A stretch of DNA of 20,000 nucleotides, taken from an uncultured virus (IMG/VR IMGVR_UViG_3300003316_000129). Taxonomy: Duplodnaviria; Heunggongvirae; Uroviricota; Caudoviricetes. The stretch lies in IMG/VR virus record IMGVR_UViG_3300003316_000129. The stretch is one strand, 5' to 3'. The notes beneath the pieces are model-generated. The model did not search any database and was not told the DNA's origin. It worked only from the letters and a program-made list of their open reading frames with translations. Both the position numbers and the translations under genes were made by a program. This document shows positions 9,242 through 16,781 of this stretch, piece after piece. Positions within the stretch are counted from its first letter, which is position 1. Every line of letters begins with the position of its first letter.

Positions 9242-9989
9242 GCCTGTTGTAGTATATGCCGTATTGATTGGGGCTCTTATTATGGTCGTTATGTTGGTAA
9301 GGGGATGTAAAGAAACCAGAAGAGTAAATCAAGCTAATGAGCTATTGCAAGCTACCAAAGACAGTATTTCAAATATATTGATTCGCTCTAAAGCGCATAG
9401 TGATAGCAGTAAAAAAGCATACGAGGAAAGAATAGAGTTTGAGCAGGGTCAAAAAGAATTGGCGCTGGCACAAAAAGAGCGAACAGAAAATGATTTGAGT
9501 GCTCTAAATAAACAGGTGGCGGCGATTATTGATAAATACAAATACTCCAAATATACCGATACCAATGCTGTTACTGTGCCAAATGAGTACGTAGCCAATT
9601 GTCATGATTGCTTCACGCAACTTGAATCTCAAAATTCCCTTTTTAATAAGTATAAAAAAAATGTAAATGACCTGACATCTAAATGGGATCAACAGGATAA
9701 TATTTACAAAAACAGAATCAACGAACTGGGGGCAGAAAAGAAATTGCTTTCAGATAGTATAGGCATTTTGAATGAAAGTCAGCAGAAAAATATTAAACAA
9801 TTAGAACCACATAGGAAGATGTATTTGTCTGGTGGAGTACTTTGGCATCCGTGGCCTTGGGGTGTTGGGGCTGGTCTTTTATATAAAAACAAAAAAGATG
9901 TTATTTGGGGGGCTAAATGGTACTATTCTTCTCAAGGGCAACTAATAGAAACAACTATAAATTTCCCTCTTTCTTTAAGATTTAAATAA
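9225..9989 (+). CDS. Spanin-like envelope protein (N-terminal TM/lipobox, coiled coil, C-terminal amphipathic beta strands)
   Basis: Hydrophobic N-terminus ending LVRGC (Cys28), about 160 aa coiled coil, aromatic/Gly beta-meander C-terminus; located in the lysis cassette. Confidence 0.55.
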   Translation: MKLEVKPVVVYAVLIGALIMVVMLVRGCKETRRVNQANELLQATKDSISNILIRSKAHSDSSKKAYEERIEFEQGQKELALAQKERTENDLSALNKQVAAIIDKYKYSKYTDTNAVTVPNEYVANCHDCFTQLESQNSLFNKYKKNVNDLTSKWDQQDNIYKNRINELGAEKKLLSDSIGILNESQQKNIKQLEPHRKMYLSGGVLWHPWPWGVGAGLLYKNKKDVIWGAKWYYSSQGQLIETTINFPLSLRFK

Positions 9990-9997
9990 AAACAAAA

Positions 9998-10195
9998 ATG
10001 AATCTCACAAAATCAATTTTATTCACAGTGCTGTTAGTAGCACTTGCTGTTTTGGCTGTAATGGGGTGGCATTGGACAGATTTGGCTAAAACAAAATTCT
10101 GGTGGACATTTTGGGTTGTAGCTGCAATTGCAGCAATACCCGCATTTATCTTATTGGCATGGTGGTACGGGACTAAACGAAACGGTGATAAATGA
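9998..10195 (+). CDS. Small 2-TM membrane protein
   Basis: Two hydrophobic Trp-rich helices; overlaps the next gene by 4 nt. Confidence 0.65.
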   Translation: MNLTKSILFTVLLVALAVLAVMGWHWTDLAKTKFWWTFWVVAAIAAIPAFILLAWWYGTKRNGDK

Positions 10196-10587
10196 GTTTT
10201 TTATTAAACCAATTGGTTTTGGCATTTTGGAATTATCTTAATTCCATTTTTGACGCCTATAGGATAATGAAAAATAAAACCATTGCGCATGGGGTCAACT
10301 TTGGTGTGTACGGATTAGTTGTTGCCTTGTTATGTATATTATTCCGATATGACATCTGGAATATTATTGTGTTCGGAATCTCTGCCTTTACAAATCGTCA
10401 GTTTACCTTCGATATACCATTAAACCTGCGACGTGACCTAGCATGGGATTATGTAACAAAAGCTGACCCACCGGCAGCATGGTTGGATAGACAAGAGATC
10501 AAATTGTTTGGGCGTGATGGGCGAAAACCAATAATTGTGTACGGTGCAATGTGGATAGTATGCTCAATAATTAAAATATTCATTTGA
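10192..10587 (+). CDS. Membrane protein of unknown function
   Basis: 3-4 hydrophobic segments, FDIPLNLRR motif, abuts the endolysin start. Confidence 0.65.
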   Translation: MSFLLNQLVLAFWNYLNSIFDAYRIMKNKTIAHGVNFGVYGLVVALLCILFRYDIWNIIVFGISAFTNRQFTFDIPLNLRRDLAWDYVTKADPPAAWLDRQEIKLFGRDGRKPIIVYGAMWIVCSIIKIFI

Positions 10588-11187
10588 ATGGTAATTACAT
10601 CTGATATTTTAAAGCAAATTGCCCCAGCAAGTAAAAGAACCGGATTTATTCTATTAGAACCGCTGGCTACTTGGATGAATTATTGGCTCCCGGCTGCCGA
10701 AATAGACACCCCATCAGAGTTATGTCACTTTTTGGCGCAAGCGGCCCATGAGACGGATTCCTTTAACTCTCTGATAGAATATGCCTCTGGGAGCGCATAC
10801 GAAGGCCGCAAAGACCTTGGAAATGTAAATCCAGGGGATGGCGTCAAGTACAAAGGGAGAGGGATATTTCAAACTACGGGGCTTTCTAATTACGTAAGGC
10901 TAGATGGAGTTTTGAATGAGTTTGGAATTAGTTTTGAAAATAACCCCGCATTGCTTGCTGACCCAAAATGGGCTGTTTGGAGTGCTTGTGTTTTTTGGAA
11001 TGACCGGCATCTATCAGATATAGCTAATATGCCAGATGGTACGCCAATATGGGTAAAGAGACTTGATGAGAATTTGACACCATTTCAGTACATCACATGG
11101 AGGATAAATGGCAGTATAAAAACAGTTCCAGATAGAGTTGTTTTTTATAAAAGAGCAAAAGGCATTTTCGCCTCGTTGAATAAATAG
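10588..11187 (+). CDS. Endolysin, glycoside hydrolase family 19 (chitinase-like)
   Basis: HFLAQAAHET, YEGRKDLGN..GDGVKYKGRGIFQTTG and ITWRING motifs of phage GH19 lysins. Confidence 0.9.
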   Translation: MVITSDILKQIAPASKRTGFILLEPLATWMNYWLPAAEIDTPSELCHFLAQAAHETDSFNSLIEYASGSAYEGRKDLGNVNPGDGVKYKGRGIFQTTGLSNYVRLDGVLNEFGISFENNPALLADPKWAVWSACVFWNDRHLSDIANMPDGTPIWVKRLDENLTPFQYITWRINGSIKTVPDRVVFYKRAKGIFASLNK

Positions 11188-11271
11188 TTTTTGCTATATT
11201 TATGCCCGATGGAAACTTCTTAATTCACTAAATCTCCCTTTTTAGGATGTTTTCGTGAGGTCTAAAAGAGT

Positions 11272-11305
11272 AAAGCCGTGATATAATGTCACGGCTTTTT
11301 GTTTT
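11272..11305 (+). terminator. Intrinsic terminator between convergent arms (possibly bidirectional)
   Basis: AAAGCCGTGA-tataatg-TCACGGCTTT perfect 10-bp stem followed by TTGTTTT; A-rich 5' flank. Confidence 0.85.
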
Positions 11306-11328
11306 AAATCGCTTAGTCTATTAAGCGC

Positions 11329-11568
11329 TCATTCATCGGTAGCTATATCATAATAGCTGCATTTAATAGAGCCGTCCATATTGAGTATGAAGATTCTATT
11401 TGTTTTTCTATTCTTTAGCCATCCATAACCTTGCAGTTTGTTTTTATGAACGGCTGGGCATCCATATTTAGGGGCGCATCCAGATGCAGCAACAATAATA
11501 ATCATTAGAATGATGAATATTATTACCGCATGTATGGCGCTTCTTCGGTATGAGTGAGGGGTCTGCAT
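11329..11568 (-). CDS. Small putative lipoprotein
   Basis: Hydrophobic stretch then lipobox AASG-C, followed by APKYGCPA; starts 1 nt after the upstream stop. Confidence 0.65.
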   Translation of the reverse strand: MQTPHSYRRSAIHAVIIFIILMIIIVAASGCAPKYGCPAVHKNKLQGYGWLKNRKTNRIFILNMDGSIKCSYYDIATDE

Positions 11569-11569
11569 G

Positions 11570-11740
11570 TTAGTTTATTGTTGATTTTTTATACATTGTC
11601 GTATCACCGGGGCTGCCGTCAATTGTTTCAGCCACTACTTTAAAATAATAGGTAGTCCCTTTATCTGGCACTTTGTTATCTGATTTTTTACAACTAAAGG
11701 CCAAAACGATCAATGTCGTAATGATTAATACCTTCTTCAT
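11570..11740 (-). CDS. 56-aa lipoprotein carrying FN3-like terminal strands (not in ORF track)
   Basis: Hand translation: MKKVLIITTLIVLAFSCKKSDNKVPDKGTTYYFKVVAETIDGSPGDTTMYKKSTIN*; lipobox LAFS-C17; fills the gap between 11746 and 11568 with 5-nt and 1-nt spacers. Confidence 0.85.
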   Translation of the reverse strand: MKKVLIITTLIVLAFSCKKSDNKVPDKGTTYYFKVVAETIDGSPGDTTMYKKSTIN

Positions 11741-11745
11741 AGAGT

Positions 11746-12276
11746 TTATTTTTTAATTTTTAAGGTGTTTACTTTTATGGAATATGTTCTTTCTAACATA
11801 CCATTTTCGGCTGGAATAGAATCAATTGCATGGTATTCCACGCCATCAGTTGAGATAAGGATTTTGTATTGTTTTGCATTTGATACTTCGGCTACTTTAA
11901 AAGAGATCAATGCCTCTTTGTTTCCCATTGGTAGTACATCAAGAGAGAGGAATTTTGCCGGCATTGCGGATAATGTAAGCTCCACCCATCCAAAATCAGT
12001 ATTGCCACAATTAGTCAAACTTTTTGCTTTGATTGTAGCAATAGCAGCAGGCGGCATGAATAATAGATTTGAATTGCCTGGAATTGTCAAATTTACTTCT
12101 GATTGCGCATAAGAAACTTTAATAACGCTTTCGCATGATTGTTTGTTAGTCACAAGCACCGACGTATTGACCCATTCCAATTTTACTGAATTGTTTTCAG
12201 GGTATTGCCCTCCATTTTGGGCGATTGCTCCAAAGATCAAAAAGGTTCCCAATAGGGAAAGAATTAAATGTTTCAT
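11746..12276 (-). CDS. Secreted protein with truncated LPVxF-type FN3/Ig-like domain
   Basis: SPI signal ending AIA|Q; Cys48/Cys90 pair; MPAKFLSL..ALISFKVAEVSN..YKILISTDGVEY..I..IPA..RTYS resembles the domain preceding the T9SS CTD in Chitinophagaceae/Cytophagales proteins. Confidence 0.75.
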   Translation of the reverse strand: MKHLILSLLGTFLIFGAIAQNGGQYPENNSVKLEWVNTSVLVTNKQSCESVIKVSYAQSEVNLTIPGNSNLLFMPPAAIATIKAKSLTNCGNTDFGWVELTLSAMPAKFLSLDVLPMGNKEALISFKVAEVSNAKQYKILISTDGVEYHAIDSIPAENGMLERTYSIKVNTLKIKK

Positions 12277-12362
12277 TTTATTGTTTTATAGATTAAAAAT
12301 TGATTGCTTTTTTTAGGTATAAAAAAGAGTGGCGGTATGCTAGACCCACCCCAACCACTCAT
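12273..12362 (-). CDS. Putative 29-aa leader peptide
   Basis: MSGWGGSSIPPLFFIPKKSNQFLIYKTIK*; its TGA overlaps the ATG of 12276 (ATGA); it runs through a terminator-like hairpin. Confidence 0.35.
   Translation of the reverse strand: MSGWGGSSIPPLFFIPKKSNQFLIYKTIK
12321..12360 (-). terminator. Terminator/attenuator-like hairpin
   Basis: Minus strand GAGTGG-ttggGGTGggtctagcaTACCg-CCACTC-TTTTTT. Confidence 0.55.
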
Positions 12363-12379
12363 AACACTTAAGTGTTTAA

Positions 12380-12622
12380 TTATATTTCACCACGTAAGGC
12401 AGCGGCATGAGTTCGCCCAAATGATGATGAACCACATATGGAACATGTACAGGATTCCAACACGATCGGATCATCGATCTTGTTGTGATGTTCATAGATC
12501 AATTCCCGCCGGGCATCCCAGCAATAAGATGCCCATCGGGGGTATGTATACCAACTGATTATTTTCCCGCTGGCTGATACTATAAGTGGATCGCCTTTGT
12601 CGTTACATATGTGGTTTATCAT
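12380..12622 (-). CDS. Hypothetical protein with Cys/His cluster (possible zinc binding)
   Basis: HxC near the N-terminus and CTCSIC near the C-terminus. Confidence 0.6.
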   Translation of the reverse strand: MINHICNDKGDPLIVSASGKIISWYTYPRWASYCWDARRELIYEHHNKIDDPIVLESCTCSICGSSSFGRTHAAALRGEI

Positions 12623-12631
12623 AAAATTTGC

Positions 12632-12874
12632 TTAGTCTTTAGGTCGTATAATGCTCGTTTTAATCACTTCTTCCGAAGGATAACTGCCGTTTTTTTCAAC
12701 ATACGCAAGTATTGAATCATATGCTTTTTGGGCTTCTGATTGATCTTTGCCCGCGTAAGGAATTTCACCGTTGACGGATACGTAATACCAGACCTCAATC
12801 TCTTGAGTATCACTTAGGCGCGGTTTCTTATATAGTTTAAGGGTTGTCACTTGTATTTCTTTTTTTTCTGACAT
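12632..12874 (-). CDS. Hypothetical phage protein
   Basis: 80 aa, tightly packed, A-rich start context. Confidence 0.7.
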   Translation of the reverse strand: MSEKKEIQVTTLKLYKKPRLSDTQEIEVWYYVSVNGEIPYAGKDQSEAQKAYDSILAYVEKNGSYPSEEVIKTSIIRPKD

Positions 12875-12879
12875 TTTAT

Positions 12880-13080
12880 TTATGGTTTAGAGTGAATGAA
12901 GTATGTCTTGCCGTTTTTAGTGAATGAGAATAAGGGGGCATAAGTAGCTAGTGGTTTATCAAATACGTGTTCCTCAGTGTCTTGCTCATTTACGTAATGG
13001 TAGCCCTTATTGCTCCAATGAGAATATAGTAATGTTTCGTTTTTGCCGTTTATTGTTACGGTATATTTAATGTGTGTCAT
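12880..13080 (-). CDS. Hypothetical phage protein
   Basis: 66 aa, co-oriented and tightly packed. Confidence 0.65.
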   Translation of the reverse strand: MTHIKYTVTINGKNETLLYSHWSNKGYHYVNEQDTEEHVFDKPLATYAPLFSFTKNGKTYFIHSKP

Positions 13081-13095
13081 AAAATGTTATTCGTT

Positions 13096-13287
13096 TTAAA
13101 TTGTGTTTGGTTTTATTTTGCAAATAAACCATCCGGGTTTATTACCTCCTTTCTTTTCAGCATCTTCAATGGTATCGTAATATTTTATACACCCGCTTTT
13201 ATCTGTAGAAAAAACGATACCCATTGCTGATTTGTATTTATAAACGTATTTGCCGATTGCTTCAGGTGGATGGATTATTTTTTTCAT
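13096..13287 (-). CDS. Hypothetical phage protein
   Basis: 63 aa; YYDTIEDAEK motif; C-terminal WFICKIKP. Confidence 0.65.
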   Translation of the reverse strand: MKKIIHPPEAIGKYVYKYKSAMGIVFSTDKSGCIKYYDTIEDAEKKGGNKPGWFICKIKPNTI

Positions 13288-13313
13288 GTAATAGTAGTTA
13301 GGTATAAGATAAA

Positions 13314-13511
13314 CTAAGATTGACCAAATCTACCTTTATCTATCCAGATGAGTAAGCCATTTTCAGACGGTCGCAACATAACAGAATAACCCTTAGAAAG
13401 TATTTTAGTTATAATGTTATTACGTCTTCGGATTGAATAGTCAAATTCTTGCATATGCTTATACGGCAGATCGCCATAGGTTACATTCCAATATCCAACA
13501 ATTATTTTCAT
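13314..13511 (-). CDS. Hypothetical phage protein
   Basis: 65 aa, co-oriented. Confidence 0.65.
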   Translation of the reverse strand: MKIIVGYWNVTYGDLPYKHMQEFDYSIRRRNNIITKILSKGYSVMLRPSENGLLIWIDKGRFGQS

Positions 13512-13530
13512 TAGTTATTAATTTAATTTA

Positions 13531-13782
13531 TTAGGTTTTTGTATAGTCTTGTAATCGTTCAATTTCATTTCTTAGCATAGTCGCCGTGTACATGTCGCCT
13601 TCGCTTTCGCACACGTTTGCTGCATTATTGGCTAAATCAAAAAGTGTTTTAAGTTGTTCCATTTGCCATTCTGCACCAGCTTTAAAGGAATGGAACTTTG
13701 CTTCAGTAATGGTTTTTGGTTTTGGCTGTCCATATTTAACATGATAATGTGCCGCGCCATCTACTGTTTGGTTTACTATCAT
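13531..13782 (-). CDS. Hypothetical phage protein
   Basis: SFKAGAEWQ motif common in small phage proteins; overlaps the sigma gene stop. Confidence 0.7.
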   Translation of the reverse strand: MIVNQTVDGAAHYHVKYGQPKPKTITEAKFHSFKAGAEWQMEQLKTLFDLANNAANVCESEGDMYTATMLRNEIERLQDYTKT

Positions 13783-14309
13783 TTTACTTTTAGTTTAGTT
13801 TTAAATGAATTTAATACCCTGCGCAATTGAGTGTACACGGTATCTTTTGAAATATTCAATCTAAGCGCTATTTCTTTTGGACTTAATTGTTCAAAATAAG
13901 CCAATTTGAATATGCGTTTTCGGTCTTCCGGCAATTGCTCAATTGCTACATGTATAGCCTCGATCAATTCGGTTTTTATAGAATATTCATAGATCAATAA
14001 GGTATCATCTTCCATATGTTTGGCAAACTCATTAAAACGTCTTTGCTTTCTATCCCTGTGTTTAATATAATTTAGTGCTTTATTTCTTGCTGTAACATAC
14101 AAAAATGCCTGAATTTCTCCATTGCTATTAAATAGGGTGCATCTTGCAAACAATGCCTGGAATGCCATTAAAACAATGTCTTCTGCCTCTTGTTTGTTAT
14201 TCAGTATCTTATCCACGAAATACAATAATTTGGCGTAGTATTCATTGAATACTATTCGGAATGCCCGTTCGCTTCCATTTTTAAATTCATAGATAAGATC
14301 AGATTCCAT
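13779..14309 (-). CDS. ECF RNA polymerase sigma-70 factor, Bacteroidota type
   Basis: Region 2: GSERAFRIVFNEYY..EAEDIV..F..L..FLYVTARNKALNYIKH. Region 4: IEQLPEDRKRIFKL..EQLSPKEIALRLNISKDTVYTQLRR. Confidence 0.9.
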   Translation of the reverse strand: MESDLIYEFKNGSERAFRIVFNEYYAKLLYFVDKILNNKQEAEDIVLMAFQALFARCTLFNSNGEIQAFLYVTARNKALNYIKHRDRKQRRFNEFAKHMEDDTLLIYEYSIKTELIEAIHVAIEQLPEDRKRIFKLAYFEQLSPKEIALRLNISKDTVYTQLRRVLNSFKTKLKVK

Positions 14310-14312
14310 AAA

Positions 14313-14543
14313 CTAACTATTTAAATAGCGTTTAATATCTGAGGCAATAATATGCCTTATAGATATAAGCCAGCAAATACCAGCAATAAATGCAATCATA
14401 CAAGTGCCGCCTCCCCATATTAAAAAAATATGTGGCGCTTCTTTTGGGAAATCATTAATAGCAGCATAGGCAACGATTGAGATTATCCAAATGATGAAAG
14501 ATGAAACGCATATGCAGGACAGAAAAACAATAATCTTTTTCAT
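14313..14543 (-). CDS. Small 2-TM membrane protein
   Basis: Two hydrophobic segments; ends 3 nt before the sigma start. Confidence 0.65.
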   Translation of the reverse strand: MKKIIVFLSCICVSSFIIWIISIVAYAAINDFPKEAPHIFLIWGGGTCMIAFIAGICWLISIRHIIASDIKRYLNS

Positions 14544-14579
14544 GTTTAATGTGATTTTTAAATATTATAAATAATTGAT

Positions 14580-14723
14580 CTATTTTAATGTTACATGCCA
14601 GCAAGCTATAATATCATAATTCCGAAATTCCCATAAGAGACAATCTTTGTTCGAGTGGTTACGTGTCCGACCTATATCTAGTGCCATATTCCCCCTAACT
14701 TGAAGAAACCAAAATTTATTCAT
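14580..14723 (-). CDS. 47-aa hypothetical protein (not in ORF track)
   Basis: MNKFWFLQVRGNMALDIGRTRNHSNKDCLLWEFRNYDIIACWHVTLK*; fills an intergenic gap. Confidence 0.6.
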   Translation of the reverse strand: MNKFWFLQVRGNMALDIGRTRNHSNKDCLLWEFRNYDIIACWHVTLK

Positions 14724-14729
14724 ATTTAA

Positions 14730-14945
14730 TTAGTTAATGTGTTTAGGTTCGTAAAGAATACACCCAAAATCTTCACCTGTCATTAGCTTAACATGTAGGT
14801 TACTATCATCATCAGCGCTGGCAACAATATCAAACGTTTTCTTTTTGTCTGGATCGGGTTTGCAGTCGGGCCTATCACAATCGGAAACCCCATCTGTGAT
14901 ATTATAACTAACGTTCCAGTATTTACAGGTTTTGCAAGTATTCAT
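14730..14945 (-). CDS. Cys-rich small protein (CxxCxxW...C...GC)
   Basis: MNTCKTCKYW..C..FGCILYE pattern common in phage metal-binding miniproteins. Confidence 0.7.
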   Translation of the reverse strand: MNTCKTCKYWNVSYNITDGVSDCDRPDCKPDPDKKKTFDIVASADDDSNLHVKLMTGEDFGCILYEPKHIN

Positions 14946-14965
14946 AAATATATTTTTTGATTTGG

Positions 14966-15109
14966 TTAATCAATGTCAATAGGGATAACAACAACATAGG
15001 GCCATGTTGTACCTGATATGTACCCACATTTTTTAATAAACGCTAACCATTTTTCGCTATATTCCGAAAGCCCTAAATCTTCAGGATAGATGTAAATTGC
15101 TTTTGTCAT
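14966..15109 (-). CDS. 47-aa hypothetical protein (not in ORF track)
   Basis: MTKAIYIYPEDLGLSEYSEKWLAFIKKCGYISGTTWPYVVVIPIDID*; fills a gap. Confidence 0.6.
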   Translation of the reverse strand: MTKAIYIYPEDLGLSEYSEKWLAFIKKCGYISGTTWPYVVVIPIDID

Positions 15110-15203
15110 GACAATTCATTTTATAAATTAACGTTTGTATTTAATGGATAGGATAAGGTACGGCCTTACTAGGTCATAATTTCAGGCCGTCCATTGTAAT
15201 TAT

Positions 15204-15413
15204 TTAATAGCGGGACGTGTATTCCATTTTGCGGGATAATGGCCCCGGTTTATGTGTTGAATTGTAGTTTTCGCAATATTCCCGCGCTTCTTGTTCGGTG
15301 TTAAATTCTCTATGTCGCGTCCGTCTTGCCCCTGGATCGGGGACTATTTTTTTCTCTCCACTTGAAGTTCGTTCATATCTGTACCAATTGCGAGTGAAAC
15401 ATGTGTAAGGCAT
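15204..15413 (-). CDS. Conserved-looking small basic phage protein
   Basis: FTRNWY..TEQEAREYCENYN..PGPLSRKMEY pattern. Confidence 0.7.
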   Translation of the reverse strand: MPYTCFTRNWYRYERTSSGEKKIVPDPGARRTRHREFNTEQEAREYCENYNSTHKPGPLSRKMEYTSRY

Positions 15414-15475
15414 AAAATTAATTTTAATTAATTATTAAATTTTGGTTAGTCTTTATTGTGTTTAATAGGTAGGTA

Positions 15476-16333
15476 TTAGTTCTTGAAGTGGTCGTTCCCG
15501 AATTTTATTAAATAGTCCGCCGGGAATGTGTGACAGCCTATTTTAACAAGTTCCCCAACTTCATTAACACTATAATGGGAAATAGCGTCCCCAACAGCTA
15601 AATGACCGCTTTTAATTTTCTCCCAAAATGAACGGGCAGCGGGAATGGGTATTTTTACGCCTTGAGTAGTCTCTACACTGTTCATATCTTCACTCATTCT
15701 TAAATAATCAACATCAATTTTTGTGTAGAGGCGGTCGGTTTCATAGTTTAACCATTTTTTAAGCGCTGCCTTATGTTCTCTTTTTTCTTTAGCGGCCTCT
15801 TTCTTTCTGTTAGCCTCAAATATGGCCAATTGATTCTCTTGGTATTCTGTGCATTGTTCCGCTGATTCTATAGCCAAAATTGAAGATAATGAGTCGGGAA
15901 CGGCATAATTAAAGAAATCGGCATACTTTTTCACCCTGGCTAAAATGCTGTGAATCTCAAATAGATATTTTTCTGGTTTTTTAGCATTTATAAGTTTAGG
16001 GGCTATTGCTTTTGCTTGGCTCAACCAGTCTGCAAAATTTGCAACGCTTGTATTGTTTAAATCGGGGCAATAAATGACATTTAAATGGCTACACGCCTGC
16101 CTGACTATAGTAATATGTTTAGCCGTTGTATTACTATATGTTCGTTCTGTGAATAATACTGCTTTTTCTCCATTCTCATTTTCAATATGTCGGGCTATAG
16201 GAAAATGACGGCCATAGGAGTAAATTGTATCTCCCTCATAATAGAAATTAGAGCCGTTAGTAGCTTCATGTTGTACTTTATTAGCCCACATGTGAGCAAT
16301 TGTACTGTTTTCGCCGCGAAATACCTTTTTCAT
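15476..16333 (-). CDS. Phage protein of unknown function
   Basis: 285 aa; AHMWAN..NFYYEGDTIYSYGRHFPIA..YSNTTAKH and C-terminal VETTQG..IGCH motifs. Confidence 0.8.
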   Translation of the reverse strand: MKKVFRGENSTIAHMWANKVQHEATNGSNFYYEGDTIYSYGRHFPIARHIENENGEKAVLFTERTYSNTTAKHITIVRQACSHLNVIYCPDLNNTSVANFADWLSQAKAIAPKLINAKKPEKYLFEIHSILARVKKYADFFNYAVPDSLSSILAIESAEQCTEYQENQLAIFEANRKKEAAKEKREHKAALKKWLNYETDRLYTKIDVDYLRMSEDMNSVETTQGVKIPIPAARSFWEKIKSGHLAVGDAISHYSVNEVGELVKIGCHTFPADYLIKFGNDHFKN

Positions 16334-16395
16334 AAAATCGTTTTTAGATAAAAATTATTTAATCAGTTTTATTTCTTGCTATTAGAGATAATTAT

Positions 16396-16686
16396 TTACT
16401 CAAACCAAATATCTTTTATTCTTTCTGTACCCCATACTCTTTTTGTGCCATTATCTTTGTCTACCATTGTAAACTTGGGGTTGCCGTTTTTGTATAATAA
16501 GCTAATGCTTTTTATATTTTCAGGCGTTAATTCAGAGATTGGGATAAATGTATTAGTGGCTTTAACATGTTGAATACCTAATAATACCCACGTTCCGGAA
16601 GGTGTAAAACGCATATCTGTGCGCATTATTTGACCTTTTTCATTGACTTTGTATGTTTTACCAAATGTGGTATATATGGTTAACAT
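16396..16686 (-). CDS. Hypothetical phage protein (start probably 16686, MLTIY)
   Basis: A-rich context AAAACAAAACCA-ATG at 16686; DKDNGTKRVWG motif. Confidence 0.7.
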   Translation of the reverse strand: MLTIYTTFGKTYKVNEKGQIMRTDMRFTPSGTWVLLGIQHVKATNTFIPISELTPENIKSISLLYKNGNPKFTMVDKDNGTKRVWGTERIKDIWFE

Positions 16687-16696
16687 TGGTTTTGTT

Positions 16697-16780
16697 TTAA
16701 TCGTTTGTAATAAACTTACATGCAACTAAGAGTATAAGAGGGAGCGCTACAATCAGCGCTCCAAAGCATACGGCAATCAT
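16697..16780 (-). CDS. 27-aa single-TM microprotein (not in ORF track)
   Basis: MIAVCFGALIVALPLILLVACKFITND*; starts 1 nt after the upstream TAA. Confidence 0.5.
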   Translation of the reverse strand: MIAVCFGALIVALPLILLVACKFITND

Positions 16781-16781
16781 T

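Noticed and set aside
779..9692. Minus-strand ORFs within the late arm (779, 1091, 1448, 3756, 4164, 4576, 5148, 5777, 6054, 7102, 7911, 8902, 9504)
   Set aside because: Antisense shadows of convincing + strand genes, with no protein-like features.
11188..11271. Possible small RNA or promoter (TATATTTA) between endolysin and terminator
   Set aside because: Imperfect -7 box, poor -33 spacing and no clear structure.
15160..15190. Inverted repeat ACGGCCT..AGGCCGT in an intergenic gap
   Set aside because: Only 7 bp with a 17-nt loop and no U-tract; not enough to call a terminator or ncRNA.
16741..16762. Hairpin GGAGCGCT-acaatc-AGCGCTCC as a terminator
   Set aside because: No U-tract on either strand and it lies inside the 27-aa microprotein ORF; it could still be a processing or stability element.
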